A stretch of DNA of 64,000 nucleotides, from assembly GCA_001179505.1 (NCBI GenBank), contig CDMY01000336.1, positions 372,001-436,000 of the forward strand, read 5' to 3'. A program made the translations under genes and the position numbers. Below, in pieces: positions 35,868 to 49,659 of this stretch (its first letter is position 1; each line of letters begins with the position of its first letter). The stretch comes from Vitrella brassicaformis CCMP3155. Lineage: Eukaryota; Protista; Chromerida. Under the pieces are notes generated by a model. That model saw only the letters and a list, made by a program, of their open reading frames with translations. It ran no database searches and was not told the origin of the DNA.

Positions 35868-36466
35868 ATGATGTGGTGGATGGTTCTGTCGTTTGTGGTG
35901 CTGAGTGTGAGCGGCCAGGGGAACTCTGAGCTACCCTACCCCCTCACGTGCAGCTCAGCCACATGCTCCAACAACGGACGGTCAGTTCGACGGTCATCCG
36001 GTCTGTCCGTCCTCCTCTGCCATCCATCCATCCATCCAGTGGCATGTGTGTGGCGTGTACGTGTGTATGTGATACTGCAGGTGCACCGTCCAGGGTCTGT
36101 GCGTGTGCGACACATGGTACTCGGGGCTGCGCTGCGACAATGGTCAGATCCACGCACATCCATTCATCCATCGTTGAGAGAAATGGCCTGCCTGTCTGTC
36201 CGTTTCGTTGTTTGCAGAGGTGGAGAAAAAGATATCGTTCGAAGCGGGTCAGTGGGTCAGTCAGGTGGCAGCCCACACTTGGTTGTTGAAGGCAACGCAA
36301 AGATACGTTCTGTGTGTGGTGGGTGTGAATACATGTGTGGCTGGCTGCAGAGGGTATGAGCGACGGGTCCTTTGCCGGCATGATAGTTGCGTGGGTGATT
36401 GGCTTCCCCATCGTCCTCGCCCTCATCGCAGTGCCCGTCTACCTCAAGTTGGTCAGAGCGCAGTGA
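35868..36466 (+). CDS. Small type I membrane protein with a single EGF-like domain
   Basis: Spliced product: signal peptide MMWWMVLSFVVLSVSG; CSSATCSNNG/RCTVQGLCVCDTWYSGLRCDN (6-Cys EGF pattern); TM FAGMIVAWVIGFPIVLALIAVPVYL; very short tail. Confidence 0.78.
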
Positions 36467-36983
36467 CAGACCTCACCAACCTATCCATCCATCCCACCAA
36501 GCAGAGCAATGGGGGAGGAGGGAGGGGAGGGAGGGAGGGGAGAAGACTTACTATGACAGACAGACACCAGTATGACTGACGAAGAAAAAAAGGGCCCCTC
36601 TCTCTCTGTGTGTACCTGCATGAACAAGCGTGTTGTGTACAGAGGACTTTCGTGTGCACCATGCATCGATGGATTGAGTGTCGACTCTACTTAGTAGCAA
36701 CCGATCCGATCCGATCCACGCAGTCAGTCAGTCAGGCATGGCACCACGCAAGCCACCAATCACCCTAGCTATCCACTGTACAAGCAGTACAAGCACATGA
36801 CGATATGCACTGCACGCGTCCATCAATCAGCCATCATGAATGCATCACCTGAATATGAGGAGGGCAAGGAAGGAACTTCCCTCTCGCCTCCCTGCACCTC
36901 TCTCTCTCTCTCTCTCTCTCTCTCAGCTATGTATAGCTACCTCTACGTGAGGCTACATCCACCATCAGCAGTCTCCAACAACC

Positions 36984-39409
36984 TCACTCGAGGAATGACT
37001 TGAGTAGCTTCTCGTCGCTCGGATCGGCAAACGGGCCTGCATGACCCAAACACACATAATAACAATGCCAGAGAACAGGATGTGTGCGAGGTGTTGGCGC
37101 ACCGGGTTCGAAGTTCTTGATGGTGAGTGTGATGACCTCGTCGATGCCCTCACTCTTCTGTCATGCGAACCAATACCATACAAACAAACGCATACACACA
37201 CACACACACATGGCCGAGGGAGGCCACTCGGCCGACCTGTCCACTCCTTCGTCTCTCACTCACCTGCGGCACCTCGCGGTTCTTGTAGAAGGAATGCAGC
37301 ACCTTTGATATATACACACACACACACACACAGACACACAGGGGGAGAGATACGAGTACGGGCGGGCGCAAGTGGTGTGGCGGCGTGGCATGGCAGGGCA
37401 TACCATGGGGGGGATCTTCTTTTTGTGTTCGCGCACACGCGGGTTGAGCTCGCGGTAGGCGTTGAGGTGAAAGCACAAGTCCTTCGGCACGTCCATGTAC
37501 ACGGCACGCACCTTAGCTGACAAACACACACACACACACACACACGCAGACACCGGTAAGCGCGCCATTTGCTCCTCTCTCCCCTTTTGCCCCCGTCCAT
37601 TCCGTTGACCTTTGTATTGTTTGGCGAGGTCTATGTAGGCCTTTCTGGTGCTCTTGTCCTTATTCTGGTTGTCAATGACGGCCGACTGCCCCGCCGCCAA
37701 CGCCGTCTTGCACTCCTTGACACACTTGTTCTTGTCCTTCAACGTGTCCTGCACACACACATCCATCCATCCATCCAACACAACACAGCATAGCATAGCA
37801 CGGTGGGTGGGAGTTGTCACCTACCTGGTTGACGTGCTTGTATGTCGGGAACAGCTTGCGACTGCGCAGAGCAGGGGAGACAGATGCATCATTGTGTGGG
37901 GTATGAATGGCTTGGTTACACTAGGGAGCTCTTGCCGCTGCCCGGCGCGCCAACCAGGATCACCACTGCAGTGCACACGCACCTACAACGCCATGAGTTT
38001 CCAAGCCGCTCGTCCACACACGCACAGACCCACCTACCCTCGGTGTCCTCCACCTTCTTGATCACCGTCGAAGGAGGCACCAAGCCTGCACACACAGGGA
38101 GAGATGGTGCACTGCAGCGGTTGACGGACGGGCTCATGTCATGCGCCTCTGGCCTCTCTGCCTATGCGTGTGTCTGACCCGCCCCACCCTGTCCAAGTGT
38201 GCGGGGATCGAAGTCAAACGTAGTCGGGAAGTTGGAGTTCTGACCTGCACGCAACCAGCCAGCCAGCCAGCCAGCCACAGACACGGCAAACAAATGGTAT
38301 CTATCCACCTCGAGGGCCGTATGGTACGGTACGTACCCAGGAAGGCCTCTTCGGGTGTGAGGAAGCGTATGCCGAGGTTGAGGGCAAACTTGTGATCCGA
38401 GCTGCTGAAGTCCTTCTTGCGACCACCGCTCGCAGGGCGGCCAGCCGCATCACCTGCACCCACCACACCATCCACCACAACCACCGCTGTGCTCTCTGTG
38501 TGTGCGCATGGGTGATTTGGTCTCATACCGACGAACTTGGACTGTTTGCGGTCGATTTTGACGCCGTCGTTGTGCTCGCTCTCCATCAAATCCCACGATC
38601 CAGTGCCTGACCAATACACACACACACACACACAAGTGGATGGTGGACGAAGAGCGTGATATGTGGCTGTCAGGCGGCCTGACGCACATGGCTTCCGGTA
38701 GATATCGTCACGCGTGCTGCCAGTCAGCCAGTCAACACACACATACACACACGACGTCGCAAGGTGGGTGTGAGAACGTGTGTGCGTGTGCGTGTGCGTG
38801 GGGTGTGGTCTTTCAACTTACGCGAGGTAGACGAGCATGGGGACGGCGAGTGCGGCCTGGACGGCATCGAGTTTCTTCTGCAGGTCCTCTAGCTTCTGCT
38901 TGCCCGTCGACACGCCCTTCTGGTTGCTGAACACCACTACCTTGAACCTTATAACCACACACACACACACACAGAAATCCAATGAAGACGTGTCTGCTTT
39001 GCGCGTAGGCCCAACGAACCCGTCGTTGACGTGTTTCTTGAGTACGGTCCTGCAGGAACCGCCGTAGAGCAGCCGCCAGTCGTTGGCATCTTTCGGCCAC
39101 TTGGCGCCGCTCTTGGGGGCGATGAGGGTGCCGTCGAGGTCCAGCCCCAACACCTTGTCCGACGCCGGGCTGTCATAGTCCTTCCAATACACACTACCGC
39201 GCTGCTCCATCGACACACACAGACGCACAGAGCAGGCAGACGGATCAAGGTCTTAGTGCAGTGCAGAAGGTGTCGCGTGTGTGTGAGGGGTGTGTGTGGT
39301 GTGTGTGTTTGTGTTTGTATCTCACCGACTGCCAGACGGCGTTGGGTTTGGTTCTCTTGGCCTCCGGGCAGTCGTCCGGGCCGTCCTCTGCCGCATGCTT
39401 GCTGCTCAT
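36984..39409 (-). CDS. PNKP: Bifunctional polynucleotide kinase/3'-phosphatase
   Basis: HAD motif [46 protein letters not shown]-loop [10 protein letters not shown] and VIDNQN. Confidence 0.93.
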
Positions 39410-39872
39410 GATCAACAACGACAACAACCGCACAACCCTGTAGACGCAACAGCAACAAACGAGATCTGACCTTTGCGGCATCAGCCGTTGTTTGCCCACC
39501 TTCTTGGTTTGGATGCACGACTGGCGTGCTTCAGCAGATGCGAGTGTGCTGCAAAACCACGCGCAAGGCCGCCTGCCGTGGACCACTCAACGCATCCGAC
39601 AAAGCCGATGGCCGATGCCTCGCAACCACAGATTTGCAAAGCGCAGGCAAGCGCCGCTATCGTCAGGCTATAGACGCTATCCCACCACAGTTTTCCTTCC
39701 CTTCAACAGCGGTCAAAAGATTGCGAGCTTTCAGAGCGATCGCTTTGCGCCGCCTTTTCCAGCCTGCGTAGCTTAGTTGCTGTTGCCGCGGTGAGCGTCA
39801 GTCCGCTGCCTGCCCTCTCGTCGCTTTCGTTTCGTTCGGCAAGCCCGCACACCAGGAGATCGTCGTGACGTG

Positions 39873-41588
39873 ATGGCAGACGAGGAGGCCCAGGCTTTGG
39901 TCATCGACAATGGCTCGGGCATGTGCAAGGCCGGGTTCGCCGGCGACGACGCGCCGCGGGCAGTTTTTCCTTCCATCGTCGGAAGTAAGCGGCTCGCTCC
40001 CTCAGCGGACACACACAGATTCAGCTTACAGAAGAGGCAGCATAGCGCGGCATAGGCGGCATAGCGACGGCACGTGTGCTGTACGTGCCACCGGATTGGT
40101 GTACTTACTGCGTGGTGTTTGTGTGCGTATGATGTCCGTCCGTCCGTCAGGGCCGAAGATGCCTGGCATCATGGTGGGTATGGATCAGAAGGACAGCTAC
40201 GTGGGAGACGAGGCGCAGTCCAAGCGGGGCGTCCTCACACTCAAATACCCCATAGAACACGGCATAGTCACCAACTGGTGAGTGAGCCGCACACACCACA
40301 CACAGTGAAAGAGACAGGCGCACGGACAGACGGACGGCTGCAGAGAGGCAAAGAGGGAGGCAGGCAGGTAGGCAGGCAGGGAGGGAGGGAGGGAGGGAGG
40401 ACACTTGTGTGTCTGTGTGTGTGTGTGGAGATGACGCCCCTCTTGCTCTCTCTCTCCCTCTGTGTGTGTGTGTGTGTGTCGACAGGGACGATATGGAGAA
40501 GATATGGCACCACACGTTTTACAACGAGTTGCGTGTGGCGCCCGAGGACCACCCCGTGCTGCTGACCGAGGCGCCGCTGAACCCCAAGGCCAACCGCGAG
40601 AAGATGACCCAGATCATGTTTGAGACCTTCAACGTCCCCGCCATGTACGTGGCCATCCAGGCCGTCCTGTCGCTGTACGCGTCGGGCCGCACCACGGGCA
40701 TCGTCATGGACAGCGGCGACGGCGTCTCCCACACCGTGCCCATCTACGAGGGCTACGCACTCCCCCACGCCATCCTGCGGCTGGACCTGGCGGGCCGCGA
40801 CCTCACCGACTACATGATGAAGATACTCACCGAGCGCGGATACACATTCACCACCACCGCAGAGCGAGAAATCGTACGAGACATCAAGGAGAAACTCTGC
40901 TATGTCGCACTCGACTTCGACGAAGGTACGTAACAGGCAGACAACCCACAGCACACACCGAGGCAAAAGACCACCAGGAGACCACCTTTGTGTTTGTGTT
41001 TGTGTGTGTGTGGTTGGTTGTGTGGTGTGTGTGGTGTGCAGCGATGAAGAACGCGTCTGAGAGCAGCGATTTGGAGAAGACGTACGAGCTGCCGGACGGC
41101 AACATCATCACGGTGGGCAACGAGCGGTTCCGGTGCCCGGAGGTGCTGTTCCAGCCGTCTTTCATCGGCAAGGAGGCCTCGGGCATCCACGACACCACAT
41201 TCCAGTCCATCATGAAGTGCGACGTCGACATACGAAAGGACCTCTACGCCAACGTCGTCCTCTCCGGCGGCACCACCATGTTCAACGGCATCGGAGAACG
41301 GTCAGTACCTTTAACGCACTCACACACAGAGAGGGATGGAGGGAGGGAGGGAGAGACGATGCCATGTGTGTGTGTGTGTCAAAATGTGTGTTCAGGATGA
41401 CGAAGGAGTTGACTGCGTTGGCGCCATCTACGATGAAGATCAAGGTGGTGGCGCCCCCGGAGCGCAAGTACAGCGTGTGGATCGGCGGCTCCATCCTGTC
41501 ATCGCTCTCCACATTCCAGCAAATGTGGATCTCCAAGCAGGAGTACGACGAGTCCGGACCAACCGTCGTACACCGCAAGTGCTTCTAG
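39873..41588 (+). CDS. ACT1: Actin (conventional, alveolate type)
   Basis: [78 protein letters not shown] and VHRKCF. Confidence 0.99.
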
Positions 41589-43592
41589 CCAGCCACTGTG
41601 GTCATACATACACACATCTCCCACAATTCGCCGGTGAGCCAGCACAGCACAAGGAAGGCCCCTTGACGTGCCTGGACGATCTCATGATGTTGATGTGTGG
41701 CTGGTGTTGTGTGTTGTGTGTCGGTCGGTCAGGTGTTCGTGCGTCCGCCGATCGAGTGTTTTGCCTGCCTGCCTGCTTGCGTGTGTGAGAGAGAGCCCAA
41801 TTCGTGTGATGGGTCCATCCATCCATCCACGACTGAAAGCGTGTGCACACGTCCCCTTTCCTGTCTTCCATGCCATGCATGCCACACCTGTGTGTGCAGT
41901 TAATTTGACCCTTCCGTGCGTAACCTTGTTACGTTTCAGCGACTGACTGACTGACTGGATGGATGGCTGACTGGCTGGCTGTATGTCCACTTTTGAGGCC
42001 CACTACCTATGTGACTGACTGACGAGCAGAGAGCCCACACACACAGGAGGGAGAGAGACCCGTAGACAGCTGGATGGATGGATGGAGGGCCGGACGGACA
42101 GATCCTGAGTAGCATTGATCACTGCAAATCGGGGGTGGGGTGGGTGACAAAAGGAGAGGATCTATCTATCTATCTGTAGCGAGCATGAAGGCAGGCTGTA
42201 GGGTAACCCTCAGCTGACACATCAGCCCTCAGATGCTCTCACTGACTGCCTGTCTGCCTGCCTGCCTGCCTGGCTGCCTTCGTCCATCGCACAAACAGAG
42301 GTGTGTGTGTCGAATGCATCTGCCTTCCCGCCTACCTGTGTGGCTGCCTGGCCTCCCTCCCTCCCTCCTTGCGTCCTTTTCTCTCCCCGATGCCTTGCCT
42401 TGCCTTCCCTTGCCTGCCTGGCTTGCCCTGCGGTCGACACACGGACCGTTTTTGATATGCACGGACGTGACAGACACCGATCGCGCTTTCCACTCACACT
42501 CCCTCACTCCCTTCATCCCTCCCTCCCTTGTGGGCCCACTGCCTGCCTGACTGCGGCCTGGCGCCTTTGCCTTTCTTTTCCCGGCCGCAATACTTCCTTC
42601 CTCGCCCACCCACTGGTTTGTTTAAGCCCAACACCGAGTGACCAAGTGCGTGACTGTGAGGCGATTTTGAGCTGATCGACTGACTGATGGATGGATGAGA
42701 CAGGGACGGCCGGCCGGCCGGCCATAGCCACACACACGGTAGAGATAGACAGAGGGAGTGTGCACATGGCTCAGCTCAGCCACCCCACCCAGCTAATCTG
42801 CCCGACCCGCACCGCACCAACACTGCTGTCGGATGCGTAATGCATCATGCAATGATGCAGGCAGGCAGGGTGGGGTCGGGTAGGGTCGGGTGGGGGTCGG
42901 GTGTTTGCCAGGCGGTCACTCAGTTTGAATCCCACATACACTCACTCTCACCTGCTGGCTGGCTGGCTTCCTGGGCCCGCCTATTGATGGCATGCACCCA
43001 CTACTTGCTACTTCGGCTGTTGCGTGTGTGCATGTGTGTTTTCAAGGCCACTTGTGCTCGCGATGTGCGTGACTGACTGCATCAGTGTGGGTGGGTGGGT
43101 GGGCACGAATGCGATGAGTGAGTGAGTGGCCGTCCGTTTGCGTGATCGAATGGCTGCATGCTAAGGCTCCACCTGGCCGGTGACACTGCATGGCATGCAT
43201 GTGTGGGTGTGAGAGATTTATGATGGGTGTGTTGTCAATTGATTGATCTATTCATGGCAATATCCGTCCGCAAAGCTTAAACGACACACTTGACGATGCA
43301 GAGACAGTCAGACAGACAGACAGACAGACATAATTGACCGCACACGAACAGGCCTGTTGTCGAACGGACAAAAAGCTCGCTCAAGCTCGCTCCGCAAGTG
43401 AAATGTGCGAAGATCACACATTGTTTTGCATCCCAACAGGCCTCGTTCTGAGGACTTTCTAAGCCCCCCCCAGGCCCCCGCGCCCGGGACGTCTCGGACG
43501 CCGTCCACTCATCAGCGTCCCATTCATCGCTTCCAGCCACAGCTGATCAGCTGCCTCCCGGGTTCGGCGCGGCAGATCCGCAGCTATCTACC

Positions 43593-45363
43593 ATGATCCG
43601 TTCGCATCCGCGGTTGTATACGATGAACAACAGCTCTTCCCCGACCCCGGAATTGCGTGCAGATACTGATGACGCAGCCAATGGCATGTCTTCATCTGCT
43701 GCTGCCCCTCCACCGGCTCCCGAGAGTGGGCGATCCTCACAGGCAGAGCGTGCAGATGATGATGACGCAGCCATGTCTTCATTTGCTGTTGCCCCTCCAC
43801 CGGCTCCCCGTGCTGCTGCGGATGCAGTCGAAGAGAGCAAGCAGGTCCCGTCGGTCGCCGATGAGGGTCCGGAGGCTTCCGAGCAGGAGGGAGTGTGGGG
43901 TGAGGAGCAAGAGGCTGCTGGTGTTGGTGAGGCTGAGGAGACAGACGCTGCTGGTGTTGGTGAGGCTGAGGCGCCTGTGCCGGCTCTTACACCTCCCGAG
44001 CCCAACCCCAAGCCGAGAGCGATAGGCTCCAGGAAAACCAAGAGAACGGGGGGGCGGGCCAAGGGCATTGGACAGGGACCAGCCAAGCGTGCCACCCGGA
44101 GAAGCCCCAGCACAGCGGCTACAGTGAAAAGTAAGAGGGCAAATGAAAGGCTTCCCAGTATACGCAGGAGGCACTTTTGGAGTCTTGCCTTGCGCTGCAG
44201 GCCAAGCGTTTCGAAGAGAGCGATCAAGTACTACATACACAAACCGGGCCAATGCTGGGAGCCACCGGATTGGTCAGACATGCAGGGATGAGAAACAATC
44301 AAGAAAACAGGAGGGAGTAGACATTCGATCGTGTATTGGGAGACAATCAAGAAAACGGCAAAACACAGAAAAGCCGCCACCATCCAAGAGGCCCAAGCTC
44401 GAGCACAGCGCAACACCAGCGACGGCATTGCTTGAGGAGGGAGACATGGCTCCATCTCCTCGACTCGACCAGCAGTCTGCAGCGGATGCCGATTTTGGCG
44501 AGGATCAGCGTCAGCCATCTTGCAGAGTCAAGTTCGACCTTACTCAGAACCGTCAAACAGGTGTATATCATACAGGGAGGGACCAGCTCATCTACATATA
44601 TCAGATCAGATGCATGTGTCCGTCTGTCTGCCTGTCTGTTGGTTCAGATTTTGACAAAGACTTGCCAGTCACAACGATTCAGAGGCCCTCCAGCAATGGC
44701 AGCCGGCCAAACGCAGCCAGCCAAGCCACCACCACCGGAAACGCCGACGTATTTCGCGTGCATCGAACCATGACGCCCCTCAAGTCTATTCTGAAGAAAT
44801 CGGGAGGGAGTGGGCGATCCTCACAGGCAGAGCGTGCAGATAATGATGACGCAGCCAATGGCATGTCTTCATCTGCTGCTGCCCCTCCACCAGCTCCCGA
44901 GAGTGGGCGATCCTCACAGGCAGAGCGTGCAGATGATGATGACGCAGCCATGTCTTCATTGGCTGTTGCCCCTCCACCGGCTCCCCGTGCTGCTGCGGAT
45001 GCAGTCGAAGAGAGCAAGCAGGTCCCGTCGGTCGCCGATGAGGGTCCGGAGGCTTCCGAGCAGGAGGGAGTGTGGGGTGAGGAGCAAGAGGCTGCTGGTG
45101 TTGGTGAGGCTGAGGAGACAGACGCTGCTGGTGTTGGTGAGGCTGAGGCGCCTGTGCCGGCTCTTACACCTCCCGAGCCCAACCCCAAGCCGAGAGCGAT
45201 AGGCTCCAGGAAAACCAAGAGAACGGGGGGGCGGGCCAAGGGCATTGGACAGGGACCAGCCAAGCGTGCCACCCGGAGAAGCCCCAGCACAGCGGCTACA
45301 GTTGAGCCAATAGGCCGCCCACAGCGTCGCCGAACTGCACAGAAAGCGATAAGTACTCTATGA
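43593..45363 (+). CDS. Low-complexity acidic protein with a large internal repeat and RVxF plus SILK motifs; may continue to about 45640
   Basis: Two phase-1 introns join the ORFs in frame; contains CRVKFDL and PLKSILKK. Confidence 0.45.
43655..45302 (+). repeat. 471-bp direct repeat (43655-44125 and 44832-45302) within one gene
   Basis: The two copies differ at only a few positions by eye and are in the same reading frame. Confidence 0.92.
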
Positions 45364-46468
45364 GGCACGGATCCACTATGTATCGACATTCACTTAATTT
45401 TCGTTGTGGTGCAGATAGAGGGTTGTTTATACAGACACCAACAACGGGATGGAGTACTGGGGCATTAACATGCGAAAAAGGTAAAAATCAGTCTCCACAC
45501 ACCGCGGAATGATCCAAGACATCTTCTCTTAATTCTTGTCTCTCGTCGTTGGCAGGGGAAAAAGATATGTACCACTGGATGCGGAGGGGGAGTGTGCTGA
45601 AGGGCGCATACAGGAAAGCCTTTTTTCCGACCTATGATGGGTCGTTTTGGCTTTTCTTCATGTTGATTTGTGACATGTTTGTCCTCCAGTCATAACACAA
45701 TACGTGGCCATTCAGTGAGTTCATGTAGCAATGTGGATGAAAGCCGATGGCTCACAACATTATTAAACATCTGCTGCCAAGCCCTTGTTTGCCTTAAAGC
45801 TTTGTATGTGTGTGAAGAGCAGGCAGTATAGGCCGTATGGTGCAATACACAGAAGCCTCTCGTACATATATACAAGCGAGACATACAATGAGAGAGAGAG
45901 AGAGAGTACTCTGACATCGGCCGACGGAACATAAGCCGATTGTCACACACACACACACACACAGAGGTGCATCTGTATATGTGTCGTGCTCCCATGCACT
46001 TTCAGTCTGTCTCCTTGTCTGTCTCCTTGTCTGTCTCTTTGTCTGTCTGTCTCTCTGTCCGCCTGTCTGTCCGTCAGGCCTTCTCGTCTCGTGCGTGTGT
46101 GCGTGCGCGTGTGTTGGTGTGGCGAAGCTACGCGTGCGTGTGTCTTTGTAGTTGCTGTGGACAGAGAGAGACGTCGAATGAATGACTCTGCCCCACATCG
46201 ATCTGATTGATCCATACAGTACACGCCAATATCCGTCCGCAGGGCTTAGACGACACAGACAGACAGACAGGCGCAGTACACACACACACACAAACAGGCT
46301 GCGGTTGTCGAACAGATCTGCTGCTATGACCATTGCAAATGGCAACAGGTGGATAAGCCGACGAGATAAGGCAAGATGATCAGAAATCCCGAAGAAATCA
46401 CCTCCATGAGAGCGGTTTCACAGACAGCTCTGGTTCTGCGAGCTTAAAGATCTCTCTCCTGCTTTGCG

Positions 46469-49400
46469 ATGTCCATGACGCACTTGAGCAGCCTCCTGTC
46501 GTGCCTACATCGCCATCAGTGCCACGTGTGGCTCGTCAGCTGCCTATTCTGCCTCAGATCTGTCACGGCCAGCGGCATGCGGTCCGCCGCCTTTCTGCCC
46601 TTCACATCGATATCCACCCTCCGCCGTTCCCACTCGCTCTATGGGGACGGTAGCACACCTTTTGTTCACTTCAGGAAAGGCCTTCCCTTTCTCCGCCACT
46701 CAAACAGCCAACGAACCGGTGGCATGTCCGTCGAGGACGATGTCAGCATCAGCCCACCGCAGCAGCGGCCGCCGACCTCCATAACCACAGCGAGAAGCCC
46801 GTCGCTCGAGAAGGCCGCTGCTGAAGTGAGGGAGAGGAGGGAGGCGCCACAGTCGCAGAGTGCATCTGTACCGTCTTCTTCCTCTGCGCCCCAACGAACT
46901 ATCGGCGAGTTTGCGCGTGAGGGGGGCGAAGTGCTGAGGGATGCTGTCAACCTGGCACTCACAACAGGGTACGTACGGGTGGGGTGGCAACAAGTAGAAT
47001 GCAATGGATGCACCTTGCTGCCCTCCATGTGTGTATGTCAGTCTTCGTCCAGGCATCTTCCGGACGATCCAGGCGTCAACAGCAGCCGCTGCAACCGCTG
47101 TGGAATTTGCTCAGGTGTGTTAACAGGATGAACACTCAGTCAACCAAGCGGCACAATGATCCTGGTGGGGCGTGGTTTTTGCAGGACGTCATCAACCAGA
47201 TGCCCTCGTCATCGTCCGCAGCATCTGCGTCCACTACAGCACGGCCAGCCGACACATCCAGGGGTGCCGCTGAGGCCATCCTCAGCTCACAGGCCCTGTC
47301 GGTGGCTCTCGCATCCACGCCAAAGGCATTGAGGAAGCTCTTCGAGGCAACCAACCATGCCATTCACTCACACTCATGCATGACACGCACACTCAGGATG
47401 CTATGCGGGCGTGTGCTGTGTGTCTGTAGCGGCTGGGAGCGACGTACGTGAAGCTGGGCCAGTTCATCGCCAGCTCTCCCTCCCTCTTCCCTGCTGAGTA
47501 TGTGCTGGAGTTCCAGAAGGTAAACTAACTACACATGTGTCGTGTGGGTGGGGCCCGTTGGGAAGAGACTGACCTCTCCGCCGTTTCCACCCACTGTCGT
47601 GTGTGTGTGATGTGCTTTGTGCCCATCCTCAACAGTGTCTGGACCAAACTCCGCCAACGGGATGGGCGGACATCAGCCGCACCATACAGGCAGAACTGGG
47701 CCGGCCGATGAATGAGGTTTTCGAGTCCGTGAATCCCACACCACTAGCATCAGCGTCCATCGCACAGGTGAGTGACAGACAGACAGTGTATCCAAGTGGG
47801 CAAGGTGTTGTTGTTCCAACATACGTGCATCGCTAACTGTTGTGTCGGCTCGGGTATGTTCAGGTCCACAGTGCCCGGTTGCGTACGGGAGAGGAGGTTG
47901 TCATCAAAGTCCAAAAACCCGAAGTCAGCAGGCCAGAGATAACAAACACCTTTCCGCCCACCCCTCCCTCTCTCCCTCTCTCCCTGCCTCCCTGCCTGCA
48001 CGTGTGTGTCAGGTGGAGAGCATCCTCAAAGCAGACTTGGCATTCGTCCTCATATCCACCCGTAAGTCAAGCCAGGAGAACGACATATATACACGGGCTC
48101 CATGCATGGGCAGGCGCGCGTGTGAATGCATCTGTGTCTGCACTGCGTTGTCTGTCTGTCTGTCTGTCTACAGGGGTGCTTCAGTGGTTGAATCCCGAGC
48201 TGACCCGCATATCGCTGGCTGAGGGGGCCCGCAACATACGCGACTCGATGCTCGAGGAGCTCGACTTCGTCAAGGAGGCTGACAACATCGAACAATTCAG
48301 CGCCTTCCTATCGGTAACAGATTTAGACAGCCACCTCCCCTAGCCACTGGCATGTCCGTCCCTTCGTGTGTCCCGTTGACCAGAGGAGTGGCTTGGATGA
48401 CATGGCGACCGTGCCAAAGGTGTTCCGGCGTTTCAGCAGCCGCAAGGTGCTGGTCATGGAGCGGCTGCGAGGGGTGCCCTTCTCTGATGTCGATGCCGTG
48501 CGGCGCATCACCGACAATCCTGAGCAAGCTCTAATCAACGCCATCAACACCTGGTCGCTCTCACTCGTCATGAACGACTTCTTCCACGCCGATGTCCACG
48601 CGGTCCGTACTTGACGAAAGGAGGCGGGGGGGTGCACACATTCACACGTGTCTGGACGCAGGCTCCTTCCTTGACGTGTGTGTTGCTGTGCTGTGCTGCA
48701 GGGGAACCTTTTGCTGCTGGATGACGGCCGCGTCGGCTTCATCGATTTTGGCATTGTGGGTAGGATCAGCAAGAGCACGTGGAGGTCTGTCCAGAAACTC
48801 ACGGCATGTGCCGCCATGCAAGACTACAAGGTGAGCGAGGAGGGCATCCATCGATGGATCGATGGATCGACCCACACACACAGACGGCACGGCTGGTGTA
48901 GTGCATGCCACGGTTGACCACCTGGCGCGGCGAGTGCATTTGGGTCGTTTCTGTGTGTGTCATTGATCGATCAGGGGATGGCGTCTGCTCTGGTGAGCAT
49001 GGGGGCGGCATCGAGGCAAGTGGACGTCGACCAATTCGGTCAGTCGGTCAGACTGACAGACACACAACGCACCGCACGGACGGGCTTGATGCTATGTGGG
49101 GCAACCAACCGTCTGTGTGCTGGATCTGTAGGTCTTCAGCTCAAGGAGCTGATTGAGGGGTTCGAATCGATTTCAGCCACGCTTGAAATCAAAGAGGTCG
49201 GTCAGTCAGGTCACCATGCAGCGGCCGGACAAGTGCTCCCCAATAAATAGTCTGGGTATCCATCATGTTGTGCCGCAGGCTGTGGATATGTCGAGCAGCA
49301 CAGCTGCCCGGTCGGTGAATGTGCATGTGGATGAGGACGAGGTGACCCGACTCCTGGTGTCGCTGGTCAAGGTGGCCGACGAGAACGGCCTCAGGTTGCC

Positions 49401-49659
49401 GTCAGAGTTCATTCTCTTACTCAAACAGGTCAAGTCGGTCACCTGACCTGACCCACTCACACACCACACCACACGACACACATTCGCTGGTCCAGAGAGA
49501 GTGGGAATGTATGCTGTCTTGTTACCGATCCATCCATCGACGGATGTATCTATGGCTGTGTTTGTTCAGGCGTTGTACTTCAATCGGTACAGTCGATTGA
49601 TAGCGCCCGAGCTGGACTACCTGAGAGACGACAGGATGAAGCTCCAGGACTTCCTGTAG
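46469..49659 (+). CDS. ABC1/UbiB atypical kinase, probably plastid-targeted
   Basis: [52 protein letters not shown] and [18 protein letters not shown]; N-terminal signal peptide followed by AAF and a Ser/Thr-rich transit-like region. Confidence 0.92.

Noticed and set aside
32750-39409. FEN1-like nuclease and PNKP as a DNA end-processing cluster causing the microduplications
   Set aside because: They are separated by unrelated genes, and eukaryotic neighbourhood alone is not evidence of a functional link.
49155-49175. ggttcgaatc resembling a tRNA T-loop
   Set aside because: It lies in an ABC1 kinase exon and no cloverleaf can be formed.
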